NCBI GenBank assembly: GCA_036172245.1
Contig: JAYWIR010000009.1
Span: forward strand, 4,154,001-4,218,000
DNA: 64,000 bases
Direction of reading: 5' to 3'
Source: Raillietiella orientalis
Taxonomy: Eukaryota
Below, in pieces: positions 12,734 to 26,904 of this stretch; the first letter of the stretch is position 1; the number at the start of each line of letters is the position of its first letter. The position numbers and the translations under genes are program-made. A model generated the notes under the pieces. It searched no databases. It was not told where the DNA came from and saw only the letters and a program-made list of their open reading frames with translations.

Positions 12734-14720
12734 TTATTCAAACCTTAAACCATACTTATGATTCAAACGCTCAGCAAGGGGAAGGAAGGTAATGTCATCT
12801 CCCAACTGCTCATGTGGATTGGTATCAACAACAAGTGGAGTGTTTGGATCATCATGTGACAAGGAAGACATGGATTCCTTCACACTAGTACATGGAAGTG
12901 CAACCCCTGTTATAAGGGAAATGATATTCTCTATTTCATCTTCAGTGGGTTCGTCATCAACCATCGAACAATCAGCACATTCTGGCGTAGCTTTTAATGC
13001 TAATACTTTCATGAGCATTGTTAGATAAGTTCACTGTATAACATACCATGTCTGTTTGCTTTTTGTTTCATAAAGAATTCAGTAACTTCAGAGTACATAA
13101 TTGTAAAAAGAGCTTGTGGTTCCAGAGTTTTGAAAATAACGTCAGAATCTAGCACAGTCCACTGAACCTCAAAAAAAGGTTGTCCATTCCTTTTACAAAT
13201 CCTTGTTATTCCATTTGGTTTGGCTGGAAAATCTCTAACTGCTTCAGGATGTTTTCGGATCCAAGTGGTCATCAAGGGAAAAACTTTGTTGAGCGAATAT
13301 TCTTTTTGCCAATTCAACTTCACTAGCATGAAATCCTGGAGAACATAATTGGCTGATAGCATGTGAAATGACTACATATTACTGAGAATTTTTTCCATGA
13401 CGGACACAGCCACTGAACTATTACATCTAATGTGATTTCTTGTGTTTCATTCAAAAATTCTGAAACAACATTCCTAAACGGAAAATCATTAAGAGGAATA
13501 CATTTCTCCATTATCTTTACTTCCGTCTCAGAATAATTAAAGCTCCTGAAAGCAAGTCGATTAACTTTCATATTGGAATATCATTACCTTATACTTGAAT
13601 GCCAGGAACACTGACAGCAATAGTTACTCTCATTTTTCTTACAACCAGTACTAGTAATACAAAAAGTACACCCTCCTACTTTGTGCTCTTCATTATTTCC
13701 AGGATGTCTGCATTTTTTGCAATGAAATGCAGGTTTATCTGGAAGAGTTACTGTTTTCCAAAGGTTGAACCTTCAATTATTTGATAGTATTTTATTTGAG
13801 AAGTTAATAATACCTTTCTAGTACATCATTTTCTTTAAACTCTTGCATGAGCTTTAAGGCATACTCCTTGCCAACACCAGGAACTCCTTGAGGTACATAG
13901 TCACAACCCAATAAAAGTGCCAAACCAATTAGCTTAATTCTGTCTAATTTTAATTTGTTTTGTATCACAGACATGTCATATTTATCAACATGAGGATTCT
14001 TTCTATTAATCATAAAATTTCTGTATACTACCAAAGCACCATACAGAAATGCATCACTATCTTGTGTTATACATCCATCTACTATCTTAAATTTGTTACA
14101 TCAGTTCATGCTCTCAGAAAAACTTACATGGTGTTTGTTTAACCAACCACAAAGAGCTTCTGCTTCACCTCTGGCCTTAATCCACATCACTCCCAAAGTT
14201 TCCATCAACATTTTGCACTATACAAGACATGTTATTCTATCAAAATACCATAGAAATCCTGCTTTCACTTTCAAACTCATGTTTACATGACACAAGGCTT
14301 AAAAAATTCATGAACCATAAGAAATCTGCATACTTCTCCTATTAACGTATTCAGTCGTGAACGAACCACATTTGTTTGCAACTTTGATGACTCATGGTTA
14401 GTATGCCGTAAAAGACGATCTTTAATTGTTTGAAATTTAAGTTCTGGCGCTTTACCATCTAATATCAAAATTGGCGTGACTCCTAATTCAAGCAGTTTTG
14501 ATACACGGAAAAAAGTGTTTCTGTAATAAAGCTATCTTTTATTCATGGATAATGAAAATGATTACCTCAGATGCAAATTGTGCACATCTGGTTTGGCTGA
14601 CATTTGAAACTCACATATCCAACAACTAAGATCCACTGCAAGTATTTTGCCATCCAACTCACTCAAAGAAGTTGTGACACATGCAGGAGATAATACATGC
14701 CAAAGATTTTTGACACCCAT
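12734..14720 (-). CDS. GEN1: Holliday junction resolvase / flap endonuclease GEN1 (XPG/Rad2 family)
   Basis: Starts MGVKNLW...LAVDLSCWIC. Catalytic motifs ILDGKAP, GEAEALC, TQDSDAFLYGA and LLLGCDY...GVPGVGKE are intact. Has the GEN1-type Cys/His insert HCKKCRHPG...CCQCSWH and a chromodomain-like segment ITRICKRNGQPFFEVQW. The C-terminal tail is short, and the last intron is 13006-13046. Confidence 0.93.
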
Positions 14721-17700
14721 TTGATTTTTGAAAAAATGAAATTTTTTCTACCTTCTTCTACAACACAATCAGAAATACGCTTCCTAAAACAAAAAAAGCA
14801 TGAAAATTCATTTTCCAAGACACATCAACACAAAATTATAGTTCCTCATATGAATACAAAACATGAAAAAAAAATAGGAAAACTGACAATAAATGAATTA
14901 AATCACATAAACCAGATAAGCTAGGGCTATATCTGAATCACAATTGCTACACTTTTTAAGAGTTTCACTGGCAATGAAAAACAAATTTCTACGTCAGGTA
15001 TCAAATCAATCAGTAAGAATACACATATTACTGTACTTACTTCATTTTTTGATTGCTTGCAAACAATTCAAAGGGAAACGTTTACTAGCAAAACAATTTC
15101 ACTTTCAGCAAACTCTACATTCTTCAGATTTTTACTAACCTTTCGAATTTGTTGCAAATTCAGACCAAAGGCAGCTCAACGTTAACAAAATTTAAAACCA
15201 TGCAGCTCATATGTGCAGAACTTAATTCGTATATCTTTCTTCGTCTTTTCATTCAATACCATATCACTTTTCACTAGCACATTACCAATTTCCACAAAAA
15301 ATTTATAAGTCTTTAGGTTACTCCATCGATTAATAGCAAACAATAACGAAATTTTTTAGAAGCTATGTTTTCATAGATAAATAGTATCCTTTTTTTTTTT
15401 GCTGTAAGGAACAAAAGATTAATTAAATCATCCAAAATTTGGTACTTAATTCAAAGAATCAGCATATAGATCTAGTTTGCAATTGTTCCCATGAAATACA
15501 AATAATGCGGACTGTTAGGATAATCTAAACACACAGTCAATAACCATATGCACCCAATTTACAGCAACAGACCCACAGTTCAAACTCAACTCCAAATTCT
15601 CAACTGTAAAAGCCGAGAGAACAGGCAAAAGACAGGAATACCAACCCACACATAATATATCCGAAACAAAACTTTGTCGTTACTATGCACAAATTTATAG
15701 ATATTTCGTAACCTTCAAAACAGTAGGTATCTGAATAGCTAAAAAAGATTCATAGAACCAATACAGAATAAGAAAATGTATCATAAAGCGCAGAGCCTAA
15801 AAAAACTTTCCAAGGGGATCATTCATTCCAAAATATTTATCCGATTTAAAGAGTCCAACTTTGTTTAACAGTGCACTCCTACTATAGACAAGATATTAAC
15901 TTGAGCACTCAATCTCTCAAAACTATATTAACAATAGCAATACGAGGTGATCAAAATTATGCTTCAAATTATCATTTGTCGGAAATCACATCACGGCTTT
16001 TAAAGTTTTAATTTTAGGATAATTCGAAACCTTTTCTAAATTATTAAGAATGTTTTTAACAACGAAGAATTGTCTAACAAAAAGTTATGGCACCCAATGA
16101 ACTTTTTGAAATGTAATAGTTGAAATTGCAAAGAAAAGTTCTATTAAAAACTATTTGATTAAATTAAATAATATAAGATGGAATTACATGAAATTCATTT
16201 AAATTCTCGATCGATTAAAGATGGCAAATAGTACTCGAACTAATAAGATAACTTTCGGAAAAAGCATGGGTTTCTAAACGTCAACATTATCAGTGGATAT
16301 TCGAAATCATACTGAAAAGATTAATACATCATTGCAGTTGTCCTTAGGTGTACTTTAAAGAGAAAGGCGAACCTCTACACTAGAAGCAGACTCTCAAGTT
16401 GTGTAACCGAGACGTCATGCACATATGAGGCTATAATTCTCAGGAAATCCTAAATGCAGGTGAATGAAGGCTTATCCTTTATTTTCAATATGCGACAAAA
16501 AATGCTTTCGATCCAATAAGATATCACTTTATTGGAAGAAGCTTTAGTTTACAAAAAACTGCACAGTCTGTATAAAAACTTCGAATCATATAGAAATCAC
16601 AGAGTATCAAAATAAATCAAATGATAAGTTCTAAAAGTACTTTATAATAGAAAACTAAAGGTTTCTCTAGCTCCACAGGGTCATATGAACTTAGGTCTAA
16701 GCAAATGTCACACTAGTCAATTTTGAGATATGAAAGGAATTTGAAGTTTCTTCAGAAAGTTCTATTCCAGGGTTTCACCATGAAGTTTTTCTACATTAAG
16801 AAATTCGCACAGTGGGAGCATGAGCGCGACTTCAGCGCTTAATTAAAGATGGGTTAGAGATGCTGATTAAACGAAGTAGTCATTATGCAAACGCAGCACG
16901 AACCAGTTTTGATTGTCTGAAACAGTAAAGTCCACAATTTTAATATGGAAAATGGATGAATCCTCACACTCGCTCAAGCACAAATCAAGTGAATCTCATG
17001 TTATTGGAATAATGTTTTCTAGAGCTCGTACGTATGCGTGAGAAAATACAGCTTCGAAATAAAGGGTATTTAAAAATAAAAATTTGGCTGGCATTTCATA
17101 GAAAATCTATAGTTGAAAGCCTTCTAGTGATGGTAACGAAAACGTTTTCTCCCTGAGACTCATAAACATTTCTCATAGCGCTATGGTCGCATATTGAAGT
17201 ACATTAAGGATAGTGTCATTTTTAAAGAAAACATTAAATAGAACGTAGAGTCGGAAGATGTTTCTGGAATATGCAAAAAACTATAAACAAGCACAAAAAT
17301 AACTGGGTTGAATCTTTGGGAAATTCTTAATCATAAGACTGGCTTGCTTCGGTTAGGTATGTTCCAACCAAATGTCTACTGAGCGTACTTACCCGTGCTT
17401 TTCGTTCAAAAAGGAACGCTTTTCGTTCGCTTCAATATTTTGCAAAATTCTTTGCATAATCAATGGAAAATATCATCTCAATTAGATGACTAAAAAAATT
17501 TTTTTCAATAGGAGTGAACTCAGTTTTTCAATTATTTTTTATGTACAAGATCTGAGAAATGAAGATTCGATATTCGAAACTTTTATCCATCTATCAATAT
17601 TCTTTATAATTTTTATTAAACCCCAAGTTCAGCTTGAAATTTAATAAATTCTTCAATCCGACAACGTGATATACGGAACTAGGTACTATGTGCTTAAACT

Positions 17701-19981
17701 ACTTCCAAAGCAGCACACACATTCTTGTTTTTCCACTTTTTTAGAATCGCAATTGTAATTTTGATCAATGAAAGTGCAATTCACTATTTGATTTCTTGAA
17801 ACTATGTTCCTCTTAATATTGAACGATCATTTTACAGGCTTCTTAAATAATTTAATTGGTCGTGTAACATTGGAAGCAATTAAGAGCACAATACTTCATG
17901 TTCGTAATTGCTTTTATATTTAAACCTCTGAGTCAAAGTTTAATCAAGGCTGTGGAGTTTGTCTCGTAGTTTTATTTCGTTGTTTCATTTTTTTCCTTTC
18001 TGGTTCAGTCGTAGTCGTAGTGTTAATAATGGCCGAAAGTAATGTGGCATTCAAATTAGAATCGCGAAGTCTCGAGCTTGTTTTCTTTCAGAAAGCAGGC
18101 AGTTACCTTGATAAGCCCCCGTGTTTTTATTAGCCATTATTCACTGCTGAAACTATAGAAAATAAGCCCTATCACTCATTATTTTTGTCTTAATGTCTTG
18201 CTTCTTTCCTTTCTAGTGAATAATCACTTACATTTTTTTTAAATTAATTTTACATTTCAGTATGCCTTTTTGGTAATGCTATTTTCGCATTAACGTACGG
18301 TTGCGCTGATATAAAGTTGCAAATGTGTTTCATTGATACTGATTACAGATTGTTCCTGAGCATCAAAATGCCATGAACTCGTATCTAGATGCTGTTTACA
18401 CTACAGGTCATACAAGCAAATCTGAAATGCTGTTTTCGATATTTTGTGTACATCTTTACATGAGGAACTTGATTGTATACTAACAAATTATTACTCTAGT
18501 CGATAAAAAAAAAACTGTACTCCTGGAAGATACAGTTATATAAGTTTACATCTCCTAAGGTTTTAAAAATCCCCTAACTGCATTAAATGCAGAATGCTTT
18601 AAGAGCTAATAATTTCATATCAGGATTCTGCTAAGAAATCAATCAGTGCAATCCTTTAAATTTGCACTATGCAAAATGACGTTTGAAACCTCACTTACTA
18701 CTGTAGCTTTGTGCTCATCCAAAGGAAGTACATCAAACATAGACTTGATAGTTTATCAAAAATAAAGAATACATAACAAATGTCAAATAATATCTTTGTT
18801 ATTCAAACTTATAAAAAATTGAAGCAACTCATTTTTGTTTAACAAATCGGCCCAATGTGCCCCAACTGGGCTAATGTTTATCCCTCTAAATACATGCTTT
18901 TCTGATTCGACATCTGTAATTTTTATTTGTGAATTGTCTTGCTTAGCTTTGTAACACTGTGGGTAACAGAAAACCAAGGAAATTTCCACGCAGTCATGCA
19001 TAGTCAGATGCAAACATGTATATTTCCATCATGCATATCTAATCAACAATAGGAGTAAATCAAACGTAACATTGGGCACCTTGAAGAGCATTCTCACCTT
19101 GCAAGTCTCTAAAATTGAAGCTAATTTTTAAATCACACATAACAGAAGTTCCATCTCACTCAGGAGTCTGAGATGGTTACCTGAAATCTCTAAAGATGTA
19201 TTGGAGATACTTTAGGTATCATTTTTAATGCATCTCTTTTATTCTGATGTAATTCGCATGGCAAATCTGTAAGGTTGTTAACTTTCAAGAATCTCCAGTT
19301 ATTAGACAAGGCAGATTAATAAAATCTGACAAAAACCTGTTCATATAAACCTTAAAAAAAAATTAACCAGACTGCAGACATGGGCTGCATACATATTTCA
19401 GCCTCTAGCAAACAGGTTACAATAGCAAGCAATAAATATTCTTGCACATTGAATCATTTTTCTACAGTTATTAAGAGTTTCACCTGATATAACCTGCTGG
19501 TAGCATATCCTTTCATTCAAATATGACATCAGTCCTGATGTGTCACATTACCAACAGGCATGTTTAAATAGAATTTGATTGATATTCTAACGTATTGGAT
19601 TCACCAAAAGATGCTGACTACCTTATTCATTTTTTTTATTATTCACATCAAATTTATTGGAAGTGAATTCTCAAATAAATTCTTGGAAGTAACACATAAA
19701 CAATGTACTGATAAATCAGGATAACATCGATGCGATTTTTCCAACATTTATTCGAACAATTAATTTACATTGCGTTTAGATACTACAGTAATCGTACATT
19801 TGAATGATACACAAAAAACTTTTAGCACATAAGTGCACATTCCCTTTATTTAATTGCATTCTAACTTACTGTATTCGTTCGATCAAGAGCTTTGAGAAAA
19901 AGCTACATTGCAACATATTCGTCGATGACCAAATTATTTTTCATAGGATCGGAAAACTGATCTGCTGCTTCACCAAAGGCT

Positions 19982-20282
19982 TCACTTTCTTTTTCTCTTA
20001 TCCTGCTTCCGACGATGAGACTGGTGCTTGCTGTATATTTGCTGAGAACCTCCCTGAATGGGCTTGCTTTCCCGGTTACAACACCAATCCTTAAAAATTG
20101 ATCAATAAGAATCACCCTGGAAGAAATTGGGGCATATATACCTCGTTGGAAAAATCACTTGGCAAAAACAGAATTGCTGCTAAGCATGCTAATTGGAAAA
20201 TTGCTCCAAGAAACAATCCATATTTCAACACTTCGTCTAACAAAGTCGGCTGAAGGCTATCCTCCGTTATTCCATTGTGCAT
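19982..20282 (-). CDS. MANBAL: MANBAL-like (UPF0239) small single-pass membrane protein, 82 aa
   Basis: Exons 20142-20282 and 19982-20089 with a 52-nt intron. Signature PTLLDEVLKYGLFLGAIFQLACLAAI followed by a basic tail HRRKQDKRKRK*. Confidence 0.88.
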
Positions 20283-20480
20283 AATTCTTAATGAAGTGTC
20301 TATGTAACCATTAAGTGTAATTTCGTTTACGGCGTGTTGGTTTACGTTGCGCAAATTTCATAATGGCTTTGTATTTTAACATGGAGAAATAAGAATGGCG
20401 GCGTGTATTTTTGTTTTGGTGAAAACGAAACTTTGTTGCATGCAATGAATTTGAAATTTGGGTATTGTCTTTGCGAGAAA
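20283..20480. promoter_or_regulatory. Probable bidirectional promoter for MANBAL-like and upSET
   Basis: CpG-containing patch between divergent genes, with a YY1/Pho-like ATGGCGGC motif at ~20395-20402 on the + strand. Confidence 0.4.
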
Positions 20481-22101
20481 TACGGTTTTTCTTGGTGGGA
20501 AGTGCTTTTGAAATGAACTTTTCAGGCAGCCATAAAATGTAAGTGTAGTGATATCTAGCGAACTCTTTTCATGAATTTTAAAATGACCTGGTGGGACTTT
20601 TTTGTTTGGCAAAAAAAAAAAAAAAAAATTGGTTTGGAAGTTGATGGTTAACAAATTTGATGTTTGCAAAGAATATTAAGATAAGGATGTTTTTTTTTTG
20701 TCTTTTGTTTTTCGTTTTCGTTTTTGTTTTTGTTTTTTTTTTAAAAAAAAAAACTTTACCTAGAGAGAGTGCTGAAAGTATTTATTGATTATGTTTACAA
20801 TATACATACATGAGAAAATTTACATATAGTATTTATGCCAAAAAAATTCAAAATAGTGCAAATAGTGTGTGCAAGTATTGCAATGTTTCCCAATTTTTTA
20901 TAGCATTGTATCATTACAAAAAGTAAAAACATGCGTTTCGTTTGGAATCCATGAAATGAAAGTTATCGTTTGAACAAAAAGGCTGGTTAATGCATTAAAA
21001 ATTTCGAGAGTTAAAATTATCGATCGAGAAATCGGAAATATTTGAAAGATTATCAGGCTTAATGTTTTTGAAGTACATAAAGTAGGATGTACGACAGGAA
21101 ACATCACTCATTGTTGCCCAATTTCAAAATTGTAATTCATATGAAATGCAAGGATTTGATTTTTAAGGAAATGGTAGAATAATTTGGAATAGGAATACCA
21201 TTTTCGAAATTCCATGAACTTTTGTTTCCTGCATGTGAAATTGAAGTCATATTGATTTATCAATATTGTTATCATAACGTGATGTAGACTACCGTTTGAG
21301 TTATGTACTGCAAAATTATCAGGATGTTTTTATCTCAAAAATGGTTTGTTTGAGAACAAGATTCTTTTTAACGTAGAAAACATATTTTAGTTGCTTTTGT
21401 GAATATCTAAGACCTCATTCATTCAAAACTGGATTTTTTAGTGAGTCAATTGTAGCATTAAATCTGTTGCGTGTATTATGTTAGTTCAATATGTGAATTA
21501 CATAAGTTGGATTTCATGTAAATTGCATAAGAGAATTTCATTAGATCCAAAGTATTGTATTTCTTTTGATTTGCCATTTCTTGGAATATTTTTCAATTCA
21601 TGATGAATTCTTAAAGATTTTCATATGAATGGGCTTTGATATTGGCTGAAGAAGAAGGAAAAACTTAAAATATTGTTTGGAATGTAATGTTTTTGCCCTT
21701 GAAAATGTAATTGCAAATGCAAAGTACAGTTATGGGAATGATTGAAGTGCATGCCTAATGTGCACATTGCTGAAGATGTAATTACAAATCTAATCACCAG
21801 TTCCTTATAAGAAGTTATTATAAAGGTAAACTTAACTATTTTCATAACAGGTTTTAATGTCAAGATTATAGTGTTTTCTTCATTTGTATATTATATTGAG
21901 AAAACTTAATATAATACATAAATGAAGTTACCATGTATGCATTTATTATTCTCTCATATTGTAAAGTTTTGAAAATCTTTAACATATGAAAACAGTAACA
22001 TGTCATTAACTATATTTTGGGATCTCTGAACTTTGTTGGCAGCTGTGAATTTTTCATAGCATTCCACATATATTTTTACATCTACATATTATTTTCACAT
22101 T

Positions 22102-22104
<3 letters not shown>

Positions 22105-22137
<33 letters not shown>
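22105..22137. repeat. (AC)n microsatellite
   Basis: About 16 perfect AC units upstream of the upSET coding start. Confidence 0.95.
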
Positions 22138-22138
<1 letters not shown>

Positions 22139-22379
22139 TGCAGTCTTTCTGTTTTATCCGACATTATTATATCTCCATGTTTTCAAGCCTTTATTGAACA
22201 TGTTTAATTCTCAATTGTATTAAACAGTATGGTTAAATCATGTCATTGCTTTCAAATTACAATTTATAGCTTCTGAAGTACTGCTCTACAAAAAGGACCA
22301 ATATATTTTGATGACTTTTGTCTTCTAAGCAGAACTAATTGGGAAGCCTAATCATGTCAGTATTTTTCCAGAATTAATT

Positions 22380-25300
22380 ATGCTTCACATGCAGAATTCT
22401 GATATAGATAATTCTGCTTGTATAGAGCTGTATGCAATTCCATATAAAGTGAGTACCTCTTGTGCATATTGAGAAATGTTGTCTGTGTTCATACAGTTTG
22501 CTTTGCAAGATCACAATTATGGAGCACCTCCTCCAACACCTTTAGAATTTTCGTCATCATCCTCTGTTTCATCCAAATCGAATTTTGCTTGTGATATTCC
22601 ATATTTTAAAGAAAAGAAATGCTCATTAGATGAAAAAAAGATTGCACAAGATTATGAAGAAGAGAATGTTAAGCATGAACAGGACAGAGTTGATGATAAT
22701 TTCTGTTCTGAACAATTTATCCAATCAGAAGTGAAAAGCAACCTCAAATCAGAGGATTATATAAATACTTTTGTCACAGATGCCAAGGCAAGCGTAGATG
22801 AGAGCGTCACAAGATGTATTTGGTAAAAATTGAGTTAGACTACTACTATTGCATGCCTACTGAAAATGCATTCTATTATTAGCATAAAATGTTAAAGAAA
22901 TATGCGGTATTACATTATGTTAATCCTATTATTTTATGCAACATTCGAAATTAATTATTCAGATCATAGGAGCTTGTATTTGATTGATAAATTTGAGTTT
23001 AATGAATGCTTCTTTTTAGTGATTTTGATCATGATGATGGATACATGATTTGTTGTGACAAATGCTTGTAAGTAGATGTATAATTACAAAATAGTATCGT
23101 ATTGCAATACCAACTTTTAGTGTCTGGCAACATGTAGATTGCATGGGGTTAGATAGAACCAATATCCCAGATGTGTATTTATGTGAAATTTGTGAACCAA
23201 GGAGAATAGACCGGGACATGGCTCGGTCTCTGCAGATCCATAAAAAACAAAATTTAAGAGATAGTAGTTCTGAAGATGATTCTCCTTATAAAAAGCTGGA
23301 ACAGAAACAAAATGGAAGAAGAACTGAAAGAAAGCGAAGAAAGAGTGTACGACTTTCTGCCTCCAAATCTTCCAGACGTACTATGAAAGAGAAAAAATGT
23401 GAAGTAAAATGTAGTTTATCCAATTCTCCTGCAAAGAAGCCTAAAGTGAGAATTCTAATATATAAATGTGAAGTTAATAACTTTCACTCCAGTAATTTTA
23501 AGAATGCCTGTTTTTTATTACATTTGAATTTTTAAATTCAACTTTATATCTTTTCGATTTTCAGATTTCACGCTGGTCAAAGAGAGTAACACACAAATCT
23601 GATGAAGTTACCAAGGACCACTTTGTGCAATTAAGAGAATGGATTGAGAAATACGAAGAGGCAGTCACAAATCATTATAGTCCAGAACTCAGAGCTAGGA
23701 TTATGGCACTGAAATCTGTTTCCATCCTGAAAACTCCAAATATCATGCATGGCCAGCGTTGTAGAGTATCTTTAATAGAGGGACAAAGCTATGTGAGTAA
23801 AAAAACAACACGCAACACGAAAACGACTTTTTTCTTTTCCCTAGGGTCTTTTTGCTTTGTACACATTAAACCAAAAACAATTCATTATTGAGTACAGAGG
23901 AAAATATCTGTTGTTGTCACAGTTTCGACGGCAAAATCCGTGGCAATTGAAACAACCTAGTCCATTCATTTTATGTTTCAATTTAGAAAAAGAAGGTTTA
24001 GAATTGTGTGTGGATGCAAGAACTTATGGAAATGATGCAAGATTTGTGCGCCGCTCATGTTCCCCTAATGCAGAAGTAGGTTTTACCATTTGCATTTGCA
24101 AACCATTATTTCCAATAGATTTATCACGTGATCGAAAAAGGATCCATTCATCTCTACATAATGGCTACAAATGAAATCCATCAAAATGAGGAAATTACCA
24201 TACCACATACATCATTGATACCTGCTGAAGGTTTTCCAGAATGTGCATGTGGGAAAGGTCCAAACTGTCATATGAGAACAAGAAATTCAAAGCAAAATGG
24301 ATACTTAGAAGATAATGCCAAGTAAGTCACATAAAATACCAGAGTTATTCCATTCTTTATAATCAGAAAAAAGAAAGAAACTAGTGTTATTCTTCCAACA
24401 ACATATCAGAAACAGCTGAGTCATTTGCCTCCAAAGTTGAAGGGTAATGCTGATTTGGAAAGTGATACGAATATGGGCAAAATAAATGCTATTGATGAGT
24501 CGCATATGAATGTAAATCAAAGTTTCTCTTCCAACTGTTGTACTGGAGAATCCTCAGAAGATTTATATGAAAAAAAAAAGCTAACTAGGGAGGAAAGAAA
24601 AATGGAAGCAATAATAAAAGCATTTGAGAGGTTGGAAAGAGAACAAAAAAAAAAGAAAGAAGTTCGTGGTGATCTAAAAAAGGATAACCAAAAGGGAAAT
24701 TATAACGAGGAACGTTTCAAGTATCTTGAAAGATGTGATGCAATTAGCAGTGCTGATGAGAATGATTTTGTTAAAAAGTGTAGACAAAAGAGGTATGAAT
24801 GCTAGCAACATAAGAGGTTAGAACCTTTTGTTCTCAGCACTAAGTGTAGATACATTAACAAGTGTGTACGATTGCGCATGAACTCGGGAAGCTCAGATGT
24901 AACCTCAGCAGATGAAGGCATCCAGCACACCTCTATCACTTCTGAGATACCTGAGCAATCAAATTTTAATTTTCCCAAAGGGAAAAAAGTAAGCACACTT
25001 GAAGTGAAAATTAATTGCTCGATCTTCCAAACATTTTAGACATTAATGAAAGAGTGGCTCAATACATCATCAGATGATTTGCCATCTGCTTCTACAAATC
25101 CTGAAAATGAAAATGCATTAAGTACAGATCATAGTTGCTATGTTAAAAATAATCAAAGTGATTCTCAAAGATCCTTAATGTATTCCTTAAGTTGCAAAAT
25201 AAAAACTGAAGGATCAGCCAAAAAACGATGGCTGCGCCAGGCCATCAGTGAAAAAAGTAATCTTTTACCCACATTGCTAAAAGATTTTTATAAAGGTAAA

Positions 25301-26306
25301 GTGAATGTCTTAATTGTGGGAATTTCCCAATTGTAAAGTGAAAATTCCAGATGCCCCACATCAACAGGACTATGCAACTCCGTTAAAAAAAAGGTTAGCA
25401 AGAAAGTCTATGTCTCTTGAAACTTCAAGAATCCCTTCAGTGGAATCTCATGAGCAGAACACATTTGTGAGTTATTATCATGTCATGTAGATGAATAATA
25501 AAATGTGTACCTTTTTTGCCATATAGGTAGTAAAGCACCTGGTAGAAAGCCAGTCAAAGGTAAGTTTGATTGATTATTACGTATGTTTATGTTATAGACA
25601 CTTTTAAGGAACCAGAAAGTTCAAGGATGGCATCCCCTATGCAGAAAAGAAAAGTATGTATTCCAGCGAGCTTGCTTACCAGAAATTTTTTTGTTAGATA
25701 TCCATTTTAGATTATCGGAAGCGTCGTCAGGTTAACAGTGGGAGAAAGGATTGTGAGGAAGATATCACAATGAACGAAATATCTAGTGCAATTAATACCA
25801 TAGAAACAGTGTCCGGTTTAAAAGATACGCAATGGTGTTCAGCGTCTTCTGATGCTGAACTTAAGCAGACACAATTAAGAGACAGGTTGTGCAAAAATTT
25901 CGATTTGAGTGATAGCAAGGTTGTGGTAGAGAAAAATGTGGACACCAAGCAAAGTGAAATACCCTTTGAAGGTGAAAGTAACTCGGACTTTAGTAAATCA
26001 TTGTGCAGCATAAAATCCTTCAATAACAATTTTTCAACATCTGTATTAAACGTGGATTCTTCATTGTGCCCAACCATAGAATCACTTGAAGTAATGCCCT
26101 CTCTACCTGCACCTGTGTCACCTGCTGAACCTCAGGTTGCTTTATGTGAATCTGAGCAATGTGAAGATGTTTTAGATAGCAAAGATTTACTGAATCAAAC
26201 AAACATAAAAGAAATATTCGATCACGCAGTTACATTGTATCATAATCATAGTGCTGCACATTCTCCTTTATCTTCCAGTAACACTTTAACTGATATCTTC
26301 ATTTGA
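22380..26306 (+). CDS. upSET: upSET / KMT2E(MLL5)-SETD5 family PHD-finger and pseudo-SET chromatin protein
   Basis: Contains [13 protein letters not shown], a PHD finger ([31 protein letters not shown]...YLCEICEPR), [13 protein letters not shown], a SET domain [23 protein letters not shown] lacking the NHS motif (typical of the family), [35 protein letters not shown] and [12 protein letters not shown]. The start (22380) and the final exon (possible extra exon to ~26380) are uncertain. AATAAA at ~26491. Confidence 0.9.
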
Positions 26307-26904
26307 AATGAACAGTGTATAATGTAGTCCGGAAAAAAATGAAGATTGCTTTTACAGTCATTCTGCAAACCCAGTTTTAAAAGTACAAACAGTTGTATTA
26401 AGACGATGAATTTTTAAGTACAAATGTTATGAAAGATTTATGAAACCTGTTGTGAGTGATTTATCTTATGCATTATGGTGTAACTGTTATAATAAAATAA
26501 TAGATATAAGAATTCAGGCATTAATCTTTCATTTGAAAACATGCAGTAATTTTTCTTTAATTTCCAGTGATTTTCATATTACTGCAATTTGTGATTCAAC
26601 TTGAAATATCCATTTCATAAAATACAAATAAAATTCATCAGAAATACAAACTTAACAATTTGATCCCCTGTTGAATACTGAAAGATGCCTAAAATTAGTA
26701 ACAGAAGCATATCACAACATCCCATTATGCCTAGATAAAAAATGACACGCAGAGAAATACAGTAAAATTGAGGCAACTTACCCCAAGAATTCTCATTTTA
26801 ATCAGGAAAGTTTTGACGACAGGATAACAAGATTTAGAAAAAAGGGCTAAATGTGTTACTTAGTTTTGATTCTTTTTTTAACTTGATTGTATAAACTTCG
26901 AGCC

